From Octopus bimaculoides (Eukaryota), in NCBI RefSeq assembly GCF_001194135.2, contig NC_068986.1:113263710-113312355 (forward strand): a DNA stretch of 48,646 bases, given 5' to 3'. This document shows positions 34,412 to 47,854 of the stretch, piece by piece. The notes under the pieces were generated by a model that saw nothing but the letters and a program-made list of their open reading frames with translations, ran no database searches and was not told the DNA's origin. The translations under genes and the position numbers were made by a program. Each line of letters begins with the position of its first letter. Position 1 is the first letter of the stretch.

Positions 34412-36667
34412 TATATATATATATATATATATATTTACAGTCGTACCTGCATACATATATACATAGATACACACACGCACACACGCACACACACAAACAC
34501 ATATGTAATTGCTCATACTGGGTACTTGCAATAATTGATTCTATGATTAAATCGAAGTGAAAATAAAGTCTATTTATTCCTATTTACCGATTATATTCTA
34601 GGTAATGCACAAAACAAGCCGTCATTAACGATTACTATCCTCTGCGAATTTTTCGTCTTCGTTCTTGAAATTGAAACTTTGTAGAAGTGTTTCACATTTC
34701 AAGCGATTGGATGCATGGCTGCTAAATATTTTTTTTTCTTTTTTGTATATATATTAGCACCCACTCACATGCGCACACGCACACGCATAGCTCTGTGGAC
34801 CTGTTAAATGCTACTGCGTACACCCTAGATTTCTTGAATGAAGGGTCTCGGGAACTGACGTATGCTGCATCCGTATAATCATGCATGTTCTGCATTTCCT
34901 AATACCTCATTGTTACTAGGGAAGAGCATGAAATATTTGTTGAAATCTTAATATATATATATGCCATTTTACTCTGTAATGGTTATTTTTTTCCTGTTTA
35001 AATATTTTCCGAGCTAAGCAATAACTACAGCACCGTTTCTTAACGCTCTGCACAATTTTTTATTCGTTATAATGATATTGCTTCGAAATAGTTTCATTTC
35101 TCTCTCATGGGACATTTTAAATAATATATAGCACTTGAAAAAATTTATCCGCTTGTGTGATTTCTTTATAGATTTTGGTAATTTTATATATTGCTTTTTC
35201 ACTATTCTTTTTTTCAATGATAAATAATGCCATCGGATATAAATGAGGAATTTTCACTTGGCCATCTCTCAAATTCCGACGTGCTAGTAGCTGTTAGTAT
35301 TTTCTCTTTCAGCTTGTTAGTAGAAATCTGCCCGTAGACATATTCGCGCCAAAATCTTAATGAACGTACGATTTACTCATTTGGAGGTGATAACTGCAAT
35401 TTTTGATTCCGTCCTTAATGGAAATGCCGTCGTGGTGTTCTGATTCTCATGTTTACATATAATATTCCGATTCTCCTTTTCTAGGAGATCAATGTTGCTC
35501 GGTAGCAACTTGAACACCTTTTTAAGTTCTTGATCTCTATATATCATTTTCTCTTTTGTATGTTATAGTACCTAACCTAATGCTTCAAGCTGCGCCCTCA
35601 TGAAATCTCACATTCGCATCAAGACAAGAAAATTTATCCAAAGTGCCATTTCTAGTCGGTTTTTGGATATCCATTATTTCGGATCATCAATTAACTGATT
35701 GAAGAAAACTTCAATACTGGTTATATACACAGGCTGGAAATACCTGCTTCTTTTAGAAAGTAACTTCATGGATGATATTATAGCTTCCAGTAATGAGCAT
35801 GAAATTTTGTGCAGAAAAATATATCAATTGCTGAAAATCTTCTAATGAGATAAGTAATTATATATGAATATTTTATGAAAAATATCAAACGGAAATGTGT
35901 GAACAATTAATAACCATAGGTGATGGAATTATTGCTACGCCTGATAAAATGTTTAGCAACTACATTTCGGCTCTTGGGCTTTTGAATTCGGCTCTCCATT
36001 TCATTCTATCGTAGTCAATAAAGGAAGTACCAGTTGAACAATGGAACCGATCAAAATGACTTGCTGTTTTCTCTTAAAATTGCTGGCGTTGTGCCAGAAT
36101 TGGAATGAATTATCACTTGTTTGTTTCCCTCTTTCATCATACTCAGCATCACATTTCCATACATGATTTCTATCTATATGCATACATTTCACATATTTTG
36201 TGATTCATAAAATATCTGCTCTATATACATTCTACATTTCGCAGCACGTCAACTTCTCACTCGTATATGTTAAACACATTTTTCCCGATCGCTCTTTCCA
36301 TATCTAATACTTTACACTTCCACATCACTAAACCATCATACCAACTAAGGAGCTCAACATAAATTTATACTCCACATATTTAATCTAAAATCTTTACCTT
36401 TCAAACTTTCATCTATTCTTCCCAATATTTTGCTCTCTTCTCATTATTTTGGCATTGTTGCGTATTTCTCAAATTTCGCTACTTTCAACAATTTCTATCT
36501 CCCATCTATAAAATTATTTAACAAATATCTCTATAAGCTACATCACTTCATATTGGATTAGTTGGTTGTATTCAATTTCTCTCATCTCAGCAAAGCAAAT
36601 ACGTTCTATTTTCAGAAGGAAAAAAAAATTTGGACGGTTTGCGCACTTAATATAATGCCAGTGTTGT

Positions 36668-36746
<79 letters not shown>
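36668..36746. repeat. (GACA)n(GATA)n compound microsatellite
   Basis: Directly visible. Confidence 0.97.
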
Positions 36747-36778
36747 CCATCCATACATACATACATGCATACATACAT

Positions 36779-37280
36779 GTCATCATTATCATCATTTAAC
36801 GTCCATGCTGGCATGGGTTAGACGGTTTGACAAGAACTGGCAAGGTAAAGATCTGCCTAGGATCGATGTCTGTTTTGGCTTGGTTTCTGCGGCGGGTTGC
36901 CCTTCCTAACGCCATCTACTTTACAGAGTGTACTGAATGCATTTACTTGGCACCGACTCGGGTGCTTTGTATGTGGGAACAGCGCCCATGTGTCCGTAGG
37001 ATTAGGAACGTTCAGCTGGAGAGGGATGCAGGCGACATGTCTCTACATAAGGACCTCTTCGATTTTACTTCACTTCAAGAAACCTCTCAAGCACAACAAA
37101 TTATATGATCCACCCTTTTGAGACCCAATCTCTAAAGATCATCTCACATCACCTCGTCCCACGTTTTCCTGGTTCTACTCCTTGCACATGTTCTCTCCAC
37201 AATTAGAGATCGGCATCGCTTGATGCAGCTGTCATCGTTCATAGCTTCGTTCCGCTGAACTCTGTGTCTTCCGAGCCATG
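36779..37280 (-). mobile_element. RTE-clade LINE 3' end with (GAT)n-like tail
   Basis: WLGRHRVQR...DDSCIKRCRSLIVERTCARSRTRKTWDEVM matches the RTE C-terminal W.GHV.R...GxRxRGRPRKTW motif. The UTR ends ...GGACGTTAAA followed by (TGA)n. Confidence 0.85.
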
Positions 37281-37397
37281 TCCCCAACAAGAAATACTGC
37301 ATGAAATCACACGCAGCACATACATACAAGAATACGCATATCTACTTTCACGAATACACATAAGAATTAAAAGCATCCGTGAAAAAAGTTACTCGCT

Positions 37398-37531
<134 letters not shown>

Positions 37532-37671
37532 CAGCTTACAACCTAGATAGATAGACAATTCGTATCCTTATTAGATATGCTCATATACAGAAGCATATCA
37601 CTCTACTGATGCATATGATATTGCATTGCAACAAACTAAATCATAGATAATTCAATATATACATAGAGAAA

Positions 37672-37903
37672 GGCAGCGAGCTGGCAGAAATGTTAGCACG
37701 CCTGGCGAAATGCTTAGCGGTATTTCTTCTGTCTTTACGTTCTGAGTTCAAATTCCGCCGAGGTCGATTTTGCCTTTCATCCTTTCGGGGTCGATAAATT
37801 AACTATCAGTTACGCACTGAGGTCGATGGAATCGACTTAATCCCTTTCTCTCTCCTTGTTTGTCCCCTCTTTGTTTAGCCCCTTGTGGGCAAGAAAGAAA
37901 TAA
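37672..37903 (+). mobile_element. Full-length SINE of the main family, tail type 1
   Basis: GCAGCGAGCTGGCAGAAATGTTAGCACG head, B-box-like GAGTTCAAATTCC, body GCCTTTCATCCTTTCGGGGTCGATAAA, tail ...TTTAGCCCCTTGTGGGCAAGAAAGAAATAAG. Confidence 0.92.
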
Positions 37904-37905
37904 GA

Positions 37906-38100
37906 AAAGTTAGCATGCCGAGCGAAATGCTTAGCGGTATTTCGTCTGTCTTTACGTTCTGAGTTCAAATTCCGCTGATGTCGACTTTGCCTTTCATCCT
38001 TTCCGGGTCGATTAAATGAGCACCAGTGAAACACTGGGGTCGATATAATCGACGTAACCTTCCCTCAAGTTTCAGGCCGTGTGCTTATAGTAGAAATGAT
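37906..38100 (+). mobile_element. 5'-clipped SINE of the main family, tail type 2
   Basis: Same body as 37672-37903; tail TTTCAGGCCGTGTGCTTATAGTAGAAATGAT. Confidence 0.9.
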
Positions 38101-38104
38101 ATTT

Positions 38105-38232
38105 CTCCGTTCCGTTCGGAGTTTCAAATCTCGCCTAAGTCACTTTTGTGGAGTCGAAAAAATTAAGACAGACAAATACCAAAATCGATCTTATCGGCAT
38201 ACCGCGCCCTCTAAAATTGCTAGTCTTGTTAA
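38105..38232 (+). mobile_element. Old degenerate SINE fragment, tail type 3
   Basis: GGAGTTTCAAATCTCGCC...GGAGTCGAAAAAATTAAG...CCCTCTAAAATTGCTAGTCTTG. Confidence 0.55.
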
Positions 38233-38251
38233 TATTAACTACATTATCAAT

Positions 38252-38472
38252 GCGGCGAGCTGGCAGAATCATTAACACGCTGAGCGAAATGCTTCGCCGT
38301 ACTTCGTTTGTCGTTACGTTCTGAGTTCAAATTCCGCTGAGGTCGATTTTGCTTTCATCTTTCAGTGTCGATTAAATAAGTACGCACCGGGGTCGATGTA
38401 ATCGACTTAATCCTTTTGTCTGTCCTTGTTTGTCCCCTCTGTGTTTAGTCCCCTGTGGTTAATAAATAAATA
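38252..38472 (+). mobile_element. Full-length SINE of the main family, tail type 1
   Basis: Aligns end to end with 37672-37903. Confidence 0.92.
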
Positions 38473-38682
38473 TACGCATAGAGAAGAAAGAAAAAATGAC
38501 AAAAAGCCGATGCAAATTGAGAGAAATACAATGATGTGAAAATTTAAGAACAAATATGACGGTGTTTGATTTGAGCCATATCTGCACATTGCGCCATTTA
38601 TCTGTCTCTCTAACTAACTAGCTATTCATGTATCTATATTTGTCTTTTTCCCCACTAATTCCGTGTGTGTGTGTGCGTGTAT

Positions 38683-38739
<57 letters not shown>

Positions 38740-38971
38740 TATATACATACATATGTATATTTTTGTATCGGTTTCACTCTTACTTTCACTGTATATACCT
38801 GAATGCGCATATATGTATGTATGTATGTATGCATGTATGTATGGACATAAAGGTTTGAAGCGGATATGGAGGGATATATGAATGTATATATATATAGTAA
38901 ATAACTAAAAGTGAGAGAAATGACCCATGCTGCCCTCCTTAACTCCCTACAATCAATCATCATAAACGCAG

Positions 38972-39030
38972 TTACTTCAGGTTTTCCGTTTCCGTTCGTT
39001 CTCAAAATGGCGACACCAATCACATGTAAT
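38972..39030. promoter_or_regulatory. Promoter-like motif cluster (YY1, CCAAT, tandem ETS-like sites)
   Basis: CAAAATGGCG at 39003-39012 (YY1 consensus), CCAAT at 39016-39020, TTCCGTTTCCG at 38984-38994, all within 40 bp of non-repeat DNA. Confidence 0.35.
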
Positions 39031-39365
39031 TATATGCTTTGTAAATGCGTTTGGTCGAGTACATTCTACTTGAATTTGTGAAGCCGACATGGTGCACAGC
39101 GGGATAGTATTTAATACATTATGACAAGGCGTTACATAGAGAAAGTGATATGATAAATAGATAATCGATAGGTGATATCAAACTTAAAGATAACGGCTAC
39201 GGGACATGAGTGCCTGGGACATGCTTATCCGATGATGCTTTTATATATCATATATCTATGTGTGCGTGTGTGTGTGTGCGTGTGCGTGAGTAGAAGGTCT
39301 GTCTCTGTCTTTCTATCACTATCTCTCTATCTCTCTTTCTCTGTATCTTCATAAATCTATATTCA

Positions 39366-39414
<49 letters not shown>

Positions 39415-39776
39415 GCATATATGTTTATGCATGTGTATGTGTGTAATATACATATCCATGCATGAAGACGTGCACACAAATACATGCATACACTTATCCA
39501 TTCATTAACTGAAAACGGCTAATTTGATCGATAGTTATGTTATGTATCACATAATTGTTGTATACATATGCACTTATAGGTTTACATCTTTGATATGTAT
39601 GTATATATATAAATATCTATAAACGGTTGCATATATAAATGTGCGTGTGTGTGTGTGTGCGTGTGTGTATGTGGGTGTGTATGTGTGTGTGTATGTGTGT
39701 GTATGTGTGAACATACATGAGTATATATGCATATATAAAAACCTTTACATCCGCATATCTGAAATATATAAATATA

Positions 39777-39966
39777 CAGTAATCCCTCGACTATCGCGGG
39801 TCCAAACCCCATCGCGATAGGTGAAAATCCACGAAGTAGTAACAGTACTGTACTGTATATTTTTTCTTTATTAGTTTTATAATTTTTAAAACAACACCAC
39901 GGAGGATTCTACGTAAGCTTAAATGATAAACCGCGAATGGTGTACCGTGATATGACGTGGGATTAG
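39777..39966. mobile_element. pogo/Tigger-like MITE (190 bp)
   Basis: TA|CAGTAATCCCTCGACTATCGCGG at the left; the right end reverse-complements to C--TAATCCCACGTCATATCACGG and is followed by TA. CAGTA-starting TIRs with TA flanks are typical of pogo/Tigger. Confidence 0.8.
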
Positions 39967-41812
39967 TACATATATATGCATATATATAAATATATATCGT
40001 TGTTATTTCTTATTGTTCAATATTTGTTTAAAACTACAAAAAAAAACGTTATTGTAAAGTTACCAAATTTCTATAGTCACTACTCCTTGCTGTCGTTTAG
40101 GTGAGCTGTCTCAATGTTGTGTTCTTCTTAAGACGCACATCATCGTTTAATATGAATGCCTGTGCGGTTCCGGATCCGGTGAACTAATTACACTTTATTT
40201 CTTTTGCGTCATCTCGATTAGGAAACATTTCCGAGATCTATTTTAAATTTCCTGTCCTGCTGTGAAACTATGTCACATTTATTCGTTACGATGGAAATTT
40301 CATGTAGTATTCTAGGCATGCTACAACTTTGTATCTGGTATATTTTAATAAGTGTGTTCTCCTGTTCATCCTATACAAGTTTAATTCTTCATCCGGTAGG
40401 GACTCTTGATGAAAGTGTCACTGCATTAGTCACGTATTCTTGAAGGTATTACAGATGTGGATGCTGTGGCCCTTCTATGATTGACGAATAGAAAACGCAT
40501 TAAAACACAAACAACTTCTGCATATAAATGAATAAGAAAGAGTGAAAGAAATAAATGAAAGAGAACATAGTTGAAATTCTCCGGCTCGTTCATTAGAGAT
40601 CAATGAAGCCATTGACATCAAATATTTGGAAACTCAGAACGAGGCATACTCTAAAGTGAAATGAAAATCACATCGTTGTACTCCATTGTCAAAAACGTGT
40701 GATACCACCTACTACTGCCTTCGTGTAACTGTCATTTGGGATTTCAGTAGAAATCAATGAAAACGATACTGACTACGCAGAACATGAACAACGGACACAG
40801 CCACGGAGAGTGAATAAAGAGACTGCGACTGCTTTTGCTTCTACTAAACTATATTTTTTTGCACTTAGGTTTACTGAGGTGGAGATATTTTATTGTTGCA
40901 GATGTGCGAAATAATATAGCCACCACAAGAAGACTGGTTGGCCATTAGCAGGAGGTGTGTATCAAGGAGACATACAAGTAATCACAAGTGCTAGACCAGC
41001 CGAACGTCCATTTTATTGTGAGAAAGTTCTGCTCGCAAATCAGGTTCGCTCTCTCGTTCTCCCACATTACACCCAGTGGCATGATAAAATGAAAGCAACT
41101 TAACATGCACAAGAATGCAGGTGATTGCAAATTTGGCTCAATGGATATCCAGATATTGTCCACTATCTCACGTAGTTCATGTGCCCAGGCATTAATGGTT
41201 CTAGCCCAACATGACGAAAAATCTTTAGCTGCACCATATACCTCCACTTGTCTGTTACCGACAATTTGAAAACTGCGAAGGTGAGGTTTATATATGGATT
41301 TGTTACATCCATTTAATGACATGTTAATAATAAGTCACAGATAATAAGTTGGACATCAATTACCTTGAGTCTGCCTCTCATTTGTCACCTTCTATCTTGC
41401 ATCGTGCATGGTACCTGAAATCCCTACTTTCACCAAGAAAGCACGGTAGAGTTTATTGCAACCAGCCTCATCATGGAAAACTTATATCGGGTTATGTGTT
41501 ACTATTAACACACTCAAGCGAGCTGATATAATATGTCTGAGGTTTTACATTTTGCTGAGCGACCTCTACAAATGATTTGTTTACAATGACCAAGTGTATT
41601 TGTTGTACATTAGCTCATTTCCTCCATCAAATCGTTGTTGCTTGAAGAGCTGCACGAATCCACGAAAGACCATGATCGCACAATCAGGAGTTCAATTCCC
41701 TAAGCATTACACTATGCATCCTCATATATGCACGCACGCACACACACATGCACACACACACACACACACACACACAAATATATATATATATATATATACA
41801 NNNNNNNNNNNN

Positions 41813-41880
<68 letters not shown>

Positions 41881-42168
41881 ACGGGAAATAATTAAATCTA
41901 TATAAACTAGGGTGTAAATATTGGGTTAAAAGGAACCTTTTCATAGAAACAATGAAAGGCTTTACCTACTTCGAACTGCACCTTTAATAGTGCATACGCA
42001 CACACACATATATATACGTATATATATACATATATGTATATGCATATGCATACATATGTGTGTATATATGTACATATATACATGCATATACATATGTATA
42101 TATGTATATTTATATGTATATGTGAGTGTATATATATATATATATATAAGTGTGCATACATATATACA

Positions 42169-42221
<53 letters not shown>

Positions 42222-45200
42222 AGATATTATCCATAGTACCTGAACCAGGAAAAAATAGCCCTCAGGGCAGTGTTTCTCTTAGTATATACAATGAAAGTCT
42301 CTTGTAGTAATTCCCGCAAAGAATAAATCATTTCCGATATTTGAATCGGAGTCAATTTATGATATATTTGTTTGTTTTTCAAAACAGTCGTACAATTACC
42401 TTTCAGTGGAGATAACAAATATTGTTTTTGGTTTTTAAGTTATATTCAAGTCTATTCCGGTGCCATAATGACTAATCCGGTCTCTATAGGGAAATGAGGA
42501 GAAAAATAAACAGAGAGATTTTGTTTTGTATTACAATAAGTTTTTTTTTATAATTCTATCAGATTTTTTCTTTTTTTTGTATTTTATTTTTCTGTTATCT
42601 GGTGTATTTATTTATTTATTTTTTTATAAATTTTTCATTTAGAAATACATCCGAGAGTTGATGTCAAATTTGCTTCACACAACTTATGCTTCATTGGAAG
42701 TAATCAACACAAAACCTTATATATTCTCACCAAATACCTACTATAAGATTACCTGATGTAATGTTGTGTATGTTTTGAATTCCGAGTTTAGGTATATCTT
42801 GTGTTGAGGAGAGATCTGTCGGTCAGATGAGGACAACTATCAGCAATAACTGTTATTAGTGTGGATATTTGTAAGGTAACTCTACTTTTATTTCAGCGAT
42901 TAAAATTTTATATTAGGAGAATTATAAGTTTAATTAATTTAAAAGATTTGATAACATCCCCTTGTAAATTTTAATTGGAATTACTCATGACGCTCAAGGG
43001 TTTATCCCCTGTGGATTTTTAAATGAGGAAATCATTTTTGTTTACAGTGTTAACGAGGCTCACTCCGACCATACAGTTTGATTTACCTGAGTATTTTTTT
43101 AGGTGATAATTATAATAGTGTACATACACGTTCCTATATGAAGTGACTAAAATACGAGCAAAGAATAGCACATGCAGATTTCAATAGATAATAATATGGA
43201 TAGTATACAACTTGGATTGTTAGTAATTGCTAACAAAGTATACAAAGTCGAAGGTACCTTCAGTGGACTTTATGAGAGTTAGATGGAGCATATATCAGAT
43301 ATTAGTGGCACTTGATTGCGTTCCGGTTAGGAATTTCGTGCATTCACGTAAATCTTACTGGTATACTTTGAAGATACTGCGCAATGGCATCAGACAGAAA
43401 ATCACAGCAAGGAGTATTTAACGTCGAAATGACACTATAATGCCCTACATATGTTAATTATAATTCTATTGTATTACATCTCAGTATCGTGTATCTAATA
43501 TGCGTGTCTCTCCATGTAAATTTAATCCAGTTTCGGTCACCGTATAATCCTACATCTTGCAAAATATTCAGATCATATGTTCAATTCCAACAATATGTTA
43601 CACCCCTCGACAAATATTGTACTCCTACGTATGTCTTATATTCATATTCACCCCTGCGTTAAATTGGCAAACTATAGGATGTTTGGTCCATATAGCATTT
43701 GTAATACAACATTAAAAGTGAAGCCTATATATCTCATAAATATTATATAACTTGCTTGATATATATTTCTTTCTAGTTGTATTGTTGTTTAGTCCCAGAT
43801 GAAATCTGATTGGCAAGACATATTCTCAAAGCTGTTACAGGGGAATTTCTTTTCATTGAACTACAACCACGTTGTAAAACATATCCTTTATTGTTTAAAA
43901 CGACAGAAGAAATTTCCCAAATCTTCCTATTACACACAACTCTTACTCTGTAGTATCATAAAGTATAGGGCATCGAATGAGGTCTAGTAATGTTCTACTT
44001 TGATATTCTGCAGTCATTCTCGCATAACAACTGGAATCCCCGGTTTATGCATAAAGCTGTACATCCAACTCGTGACAATCCTAACGTAGACATTGGAAGA
44101 GATATTCGGTTCATGATCCTATAAAATACGACGCACTAACTGATATTGGTGGGACAATCTCAAGAAGCCACGTTCTGAATTAGATTGGTAAATAGATCGT
44201 TGAACCATGAGGTCACATTAAAACAAATTGCGGCACAAATGATAATTACTTCAATAAATGGAAGTTTGTTATATCAATGTCGTATAAGAGTAATATTAGT
44301 TGACTACATAACGCGGAGCAAGATGTTTGTCGAAAAGGTTTCTTAAATAGAGTTTATTATAAACAGATTTGCTACGTTTATCAATGTTGACAGTTACAAG
44401 ACGACGTAACTCTACAATGAAATTAAAATCGAATTGTAAATATTGTGTATAAAATGTAGTTACTTCAATCATTATTTTCTCAATGTTCTTAAACTCAAGA
44501 GATATTAAGTTATCACTGTACACTTTGAATTTTTTTTTTCTGTATCAATTTTTCCCAACACATATTTCAAGAATCGACTAATTGATATTATTCATTTTAA
44601 TACTTTAATTGATAATGTTAACATGTTAATTAAGAGGTTATAATCAATTACGAGTATATTTTGTAATAATTTTCTTTAGAATAATTGATAAAGTAATAAT
44701 TAAATTAACATCTAAATTGAAATTACAACGACAACATAAAAGTTACTTGTGTTTTACTTAAATATAATATTTACTCTCTAAAAGTTTATCCTGACTCTGT
44801 CGTTACAAAAACTTCGTAGAAGCACTAGTCTGAGTGTTACCGATTTCAGGAAAAACTAAAGACAATTTCTGTATTAAGAAAAATTATTTATAAATATATA
44901 TTTTGAAGCAACAATTTACACTAAATAATAAATAGACGGCGGGGTAATCCAAACTAAACAGATTCGTTGTAAAGGCAATATATAAACAGGCCACAGTTGC
45001 AACACACATGCATGCCACTGTGCACACATGCACACACACTCACACGTATAGGAGGCGTCAAGTCCTCAGAAAGTCCGTGCAGGAAAGAAGGATGGTCACG
45101 TATGAGCAACGAGAGAAAAAGAGAAAGAGTGTGAGAGAGATGCATGTATGTATGTATATATGTATGTATGTTTGTATGTATGTATGCATGTATGTATGTA

Positions 45201-45539
45201 TGTATGTATGTATGTATGGCTATTTCCTTTCCTAATCAATGAGATTAGTCTCAATAGTTATTTGGTATGAGTGTGTTGCGCAAGCTCTCCCATGTATACA
45301 CAGCGTCCAAATGAAAGAATTTGTGTTATACAGAATCTGTTAATATTACTGTTTAAACCAGCTCATAGAAATAGATGGAATTACAAAACTTTCAGGTGAA
45401 GTTTCGCCAAGATTTAGGCGTGTTGTTCCTTGAAAATTCATCCAATGTGGTGGAGTGCATCATTTACAAAAGGTTTGAAGGAACCTTTTTGTCATAAGTT
45501 GTGAAAGACGGAAGTCCAAGAGACAAGGTAGACGAATAA

Positions 45540-45572
<33 letters not shown>

Positions 45573-45869
45573 NNNNNNNNNNNNNNNNNNNNNNNNNNNN
45601 NNNNNNNNNNNNNNNNNNNNNNNNNNNNNNNNNNNNNNNNNNNNNNNNNNNNNNNNNNNNNNNNNNNNNNNNNNNNNNNNNNNNNNNNNNNNNNNNNNNN
45701 NNNNNNNNNNNNNNNNNNNNNNNNNNNNNNNNNNNNNNNNNNNNNNNNNNNNNNNNNNNNNNNNNNNTTATAATTATTTATTTTCGGAATGGTTATCGAT
45801 TTAAGCAATTAAGTAATCGATTGTTTGATTGTTTGATTTACCTTTCAGTGCAGCAATCAGATTTGTACA

Positions 45870-46930
45870 TGTCTTTAGTTTGTCTTTCCTGACGCCACTC
45901 ACGTCTTCATCATTAACAAACCTATGTCAATCTTTGATAGAGAGATGCACCTGAACGCCACCTTTTGCATCGACATCAGCTACTGCCCCCGCTTCCGATT
46001 TTTACTCTTCTTACTTCCGACATTGCGTAGCATCATCAACTGCACATGTATATTTTCAAGGAGGAAGCGTTCATCGTTTGAGTTAATTCCATCAATTCTG
46101 CTTCGTTCTATGTCTCGGTTTCTCGTATCCGTTATTATTTCCATGCTGACATCTTTTTGTGTATTATGTAGACACTGGGATTTGTTACATGTGTTATTTA
46201 TAATGGTAATGGTAATTTTCTGTTCCCTGTGTGATTTGGGATGTGAGTTTTAGAGGTTGCTGTCAGAACATGCTCTATCATCGATATATCGATCTTGGGT
46301 TGTAGTGTAAACAATGAGTCGCGACTGTTATACTACACGATAACTGATATAGAGGTAGGTGTACAGCATTAATTTAGTTGTTATAGAGGAATATGCATTC
46401 TGTGATATGTTACGTTTTGGGCCGTAACTCTAAATGTTTTGTGTTACGTACTGACATTCTGTTCGTTTTTGGCACTGGTTTTCAAAATGACATGTGTAGG
46501 AATTGTGCCAGTTTTAGCAAAGCAATATATTGAAATGTGTATACCATTGTAAAGCCTGTTACAATTGAAACACGTTCTCCACTCATTCTTCGAGACGATT
46601 TTTATGTTTTTATGTCAACTCATATTGTTTATGGCTGTTTAGTAGATCCTTGTATTGTAAGAGATTTTACACTTCATTTCGGGGAATATTTTGAGTGCAA
46701 TATATTTAATCATATCATTATTTCAATTTTGATCATTGTCTTTTATAGCTGGACGACTTTCTTTATCTGCAGGTAGTTTGTAATAGTCTTTCCGATGTAA
46801 TTCGGATGAGGTAGTTGTTATATGCCTTGTTTCGTATTTGCCCGTTTTCATACATATATATATTGGTATATTGCCCAGTGGCCAAATTAACCGTGAAGGT
46901 CGTGTCTCTAAATCTATGCAGACTTGGCAA
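45870..46930 (-). mobile_element. Probable degraded Penelope-like element (GIY-YIG C-terminal region and 3' end)
   Basis: Minus-strand fragments CHFENQCQKR, AYSSITTKL, C...CLH...MEII and ELMELTQT...RFLL resemble the CPxxxxC, YIGxT, CxLCLxEK and ELxxxCRHxxKFLL order of Penelope ORFs. Many disruptions. Confidence 0.45.
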
Positions 46931-47136
46931 AGGCAAGGCAGCAGGGAATACTTTTCTCAATAGTGTCATTGAGATTGCGCATATTGTGTGATGCGAGAAG
47001 CTTTCTACTTATCACATCTACCTTTTTTCATGGAGTTGAGTTTAGGAAAATCCTCTTTATTGTGACGAAGCCATACTGAGCAACTAATATCGCTAGATTA
47101 TTTATTACTCTAAATCGGTTTCATGAGTTAATTTTC

Positions 47137-47138
47137 TT

Positions 47139-47169
<31 letters not shown>

Positions 47170-47193
47170 TTATTATTATTATTATTATTATTA

Positions 47194-47240
<47 letters not shown>
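47137..47240. repeat. (TTC)n(TTA)n compound microsatellite
   Basis: Directly visible. Confidence 0.97.
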
Positions 47241-47257
47241 GCATTTCACAAACTGCC

Positions 47258-47412
47258 TAGAGGTATTTCGTCTGCCGCTACGTTCTGAGTTCAAATTCCG
47301 CCGAGGTTGACTCAGCCTTTTTATCTTTTATAGAGTCGATAAAAAAATTCCACTTGGACTTAGCCGATTCCCCTAAAGTACTGGCTCTGTACCAAACTTT
47401 GAAACCATTATC
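47258..47412 (+). mobile_element. 5'-truncated SINE of the main family, tail type 3
   Basis: GGTATTTCGTCTGCCGCTACGTTCTGAGTTCAAATTCCGCCGAGGT body; TGTACCAAACTTTGAAACCATTAT tail. Confidence 0.85.
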
Positions 47413-47499
47413 ATCAGCAGCACCAGTAGCGTTATCAAGTCATTTTGATTATTATTACTACTATTTTATCATTATTTTGTTCATAATGCCTTTACCACC

Positions 47500-47515
47500 A
47501 CTACAACTACTACTG

Positions 47516-47557
<42 letters not shown>
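47500..47557. repeat. (CTA)n microsatellite
   Basis: Directly visible. Confidence 0.96.
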
Positions 47558-47783
47558 TATGGATGTCAAATTTGCTGCTCGTTCCTCAGCCGTCGATAAT
47601 ATAAATTAGCCATGAAATATTGCGGTGTTTGGTATAAAATAACGCACACTAGAATGGGAACCATTCGCAAAGGTATTCGAGTCAGTGAGATGTGTCATTC
47701 TGTGTTGTTGCCTCCATCCCGAATTCTGATTTAATCCATCTGTCAGAAATTCGTTTTACGTATATTTTCAGTGTCCGTATAAA

Positions 47784-47785
<2 letters not shown>

Positions 47786-47854
<69 letters not shown>

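Noticed and set aside
37672-38472. Repeated ~200-bp units as a possible CRISPR-like or tRNA array
   Set aside because: The units are diverged SINE copies: no short identical repeats with unique spacers and no cloverleaf.
43790-44130. Minus-strand frame of ~115 codons with two stops, and overlapping plus-strand ORFs
   Set aside because: Interrupted on both strands with no recognisable motifs; compatible with chance.
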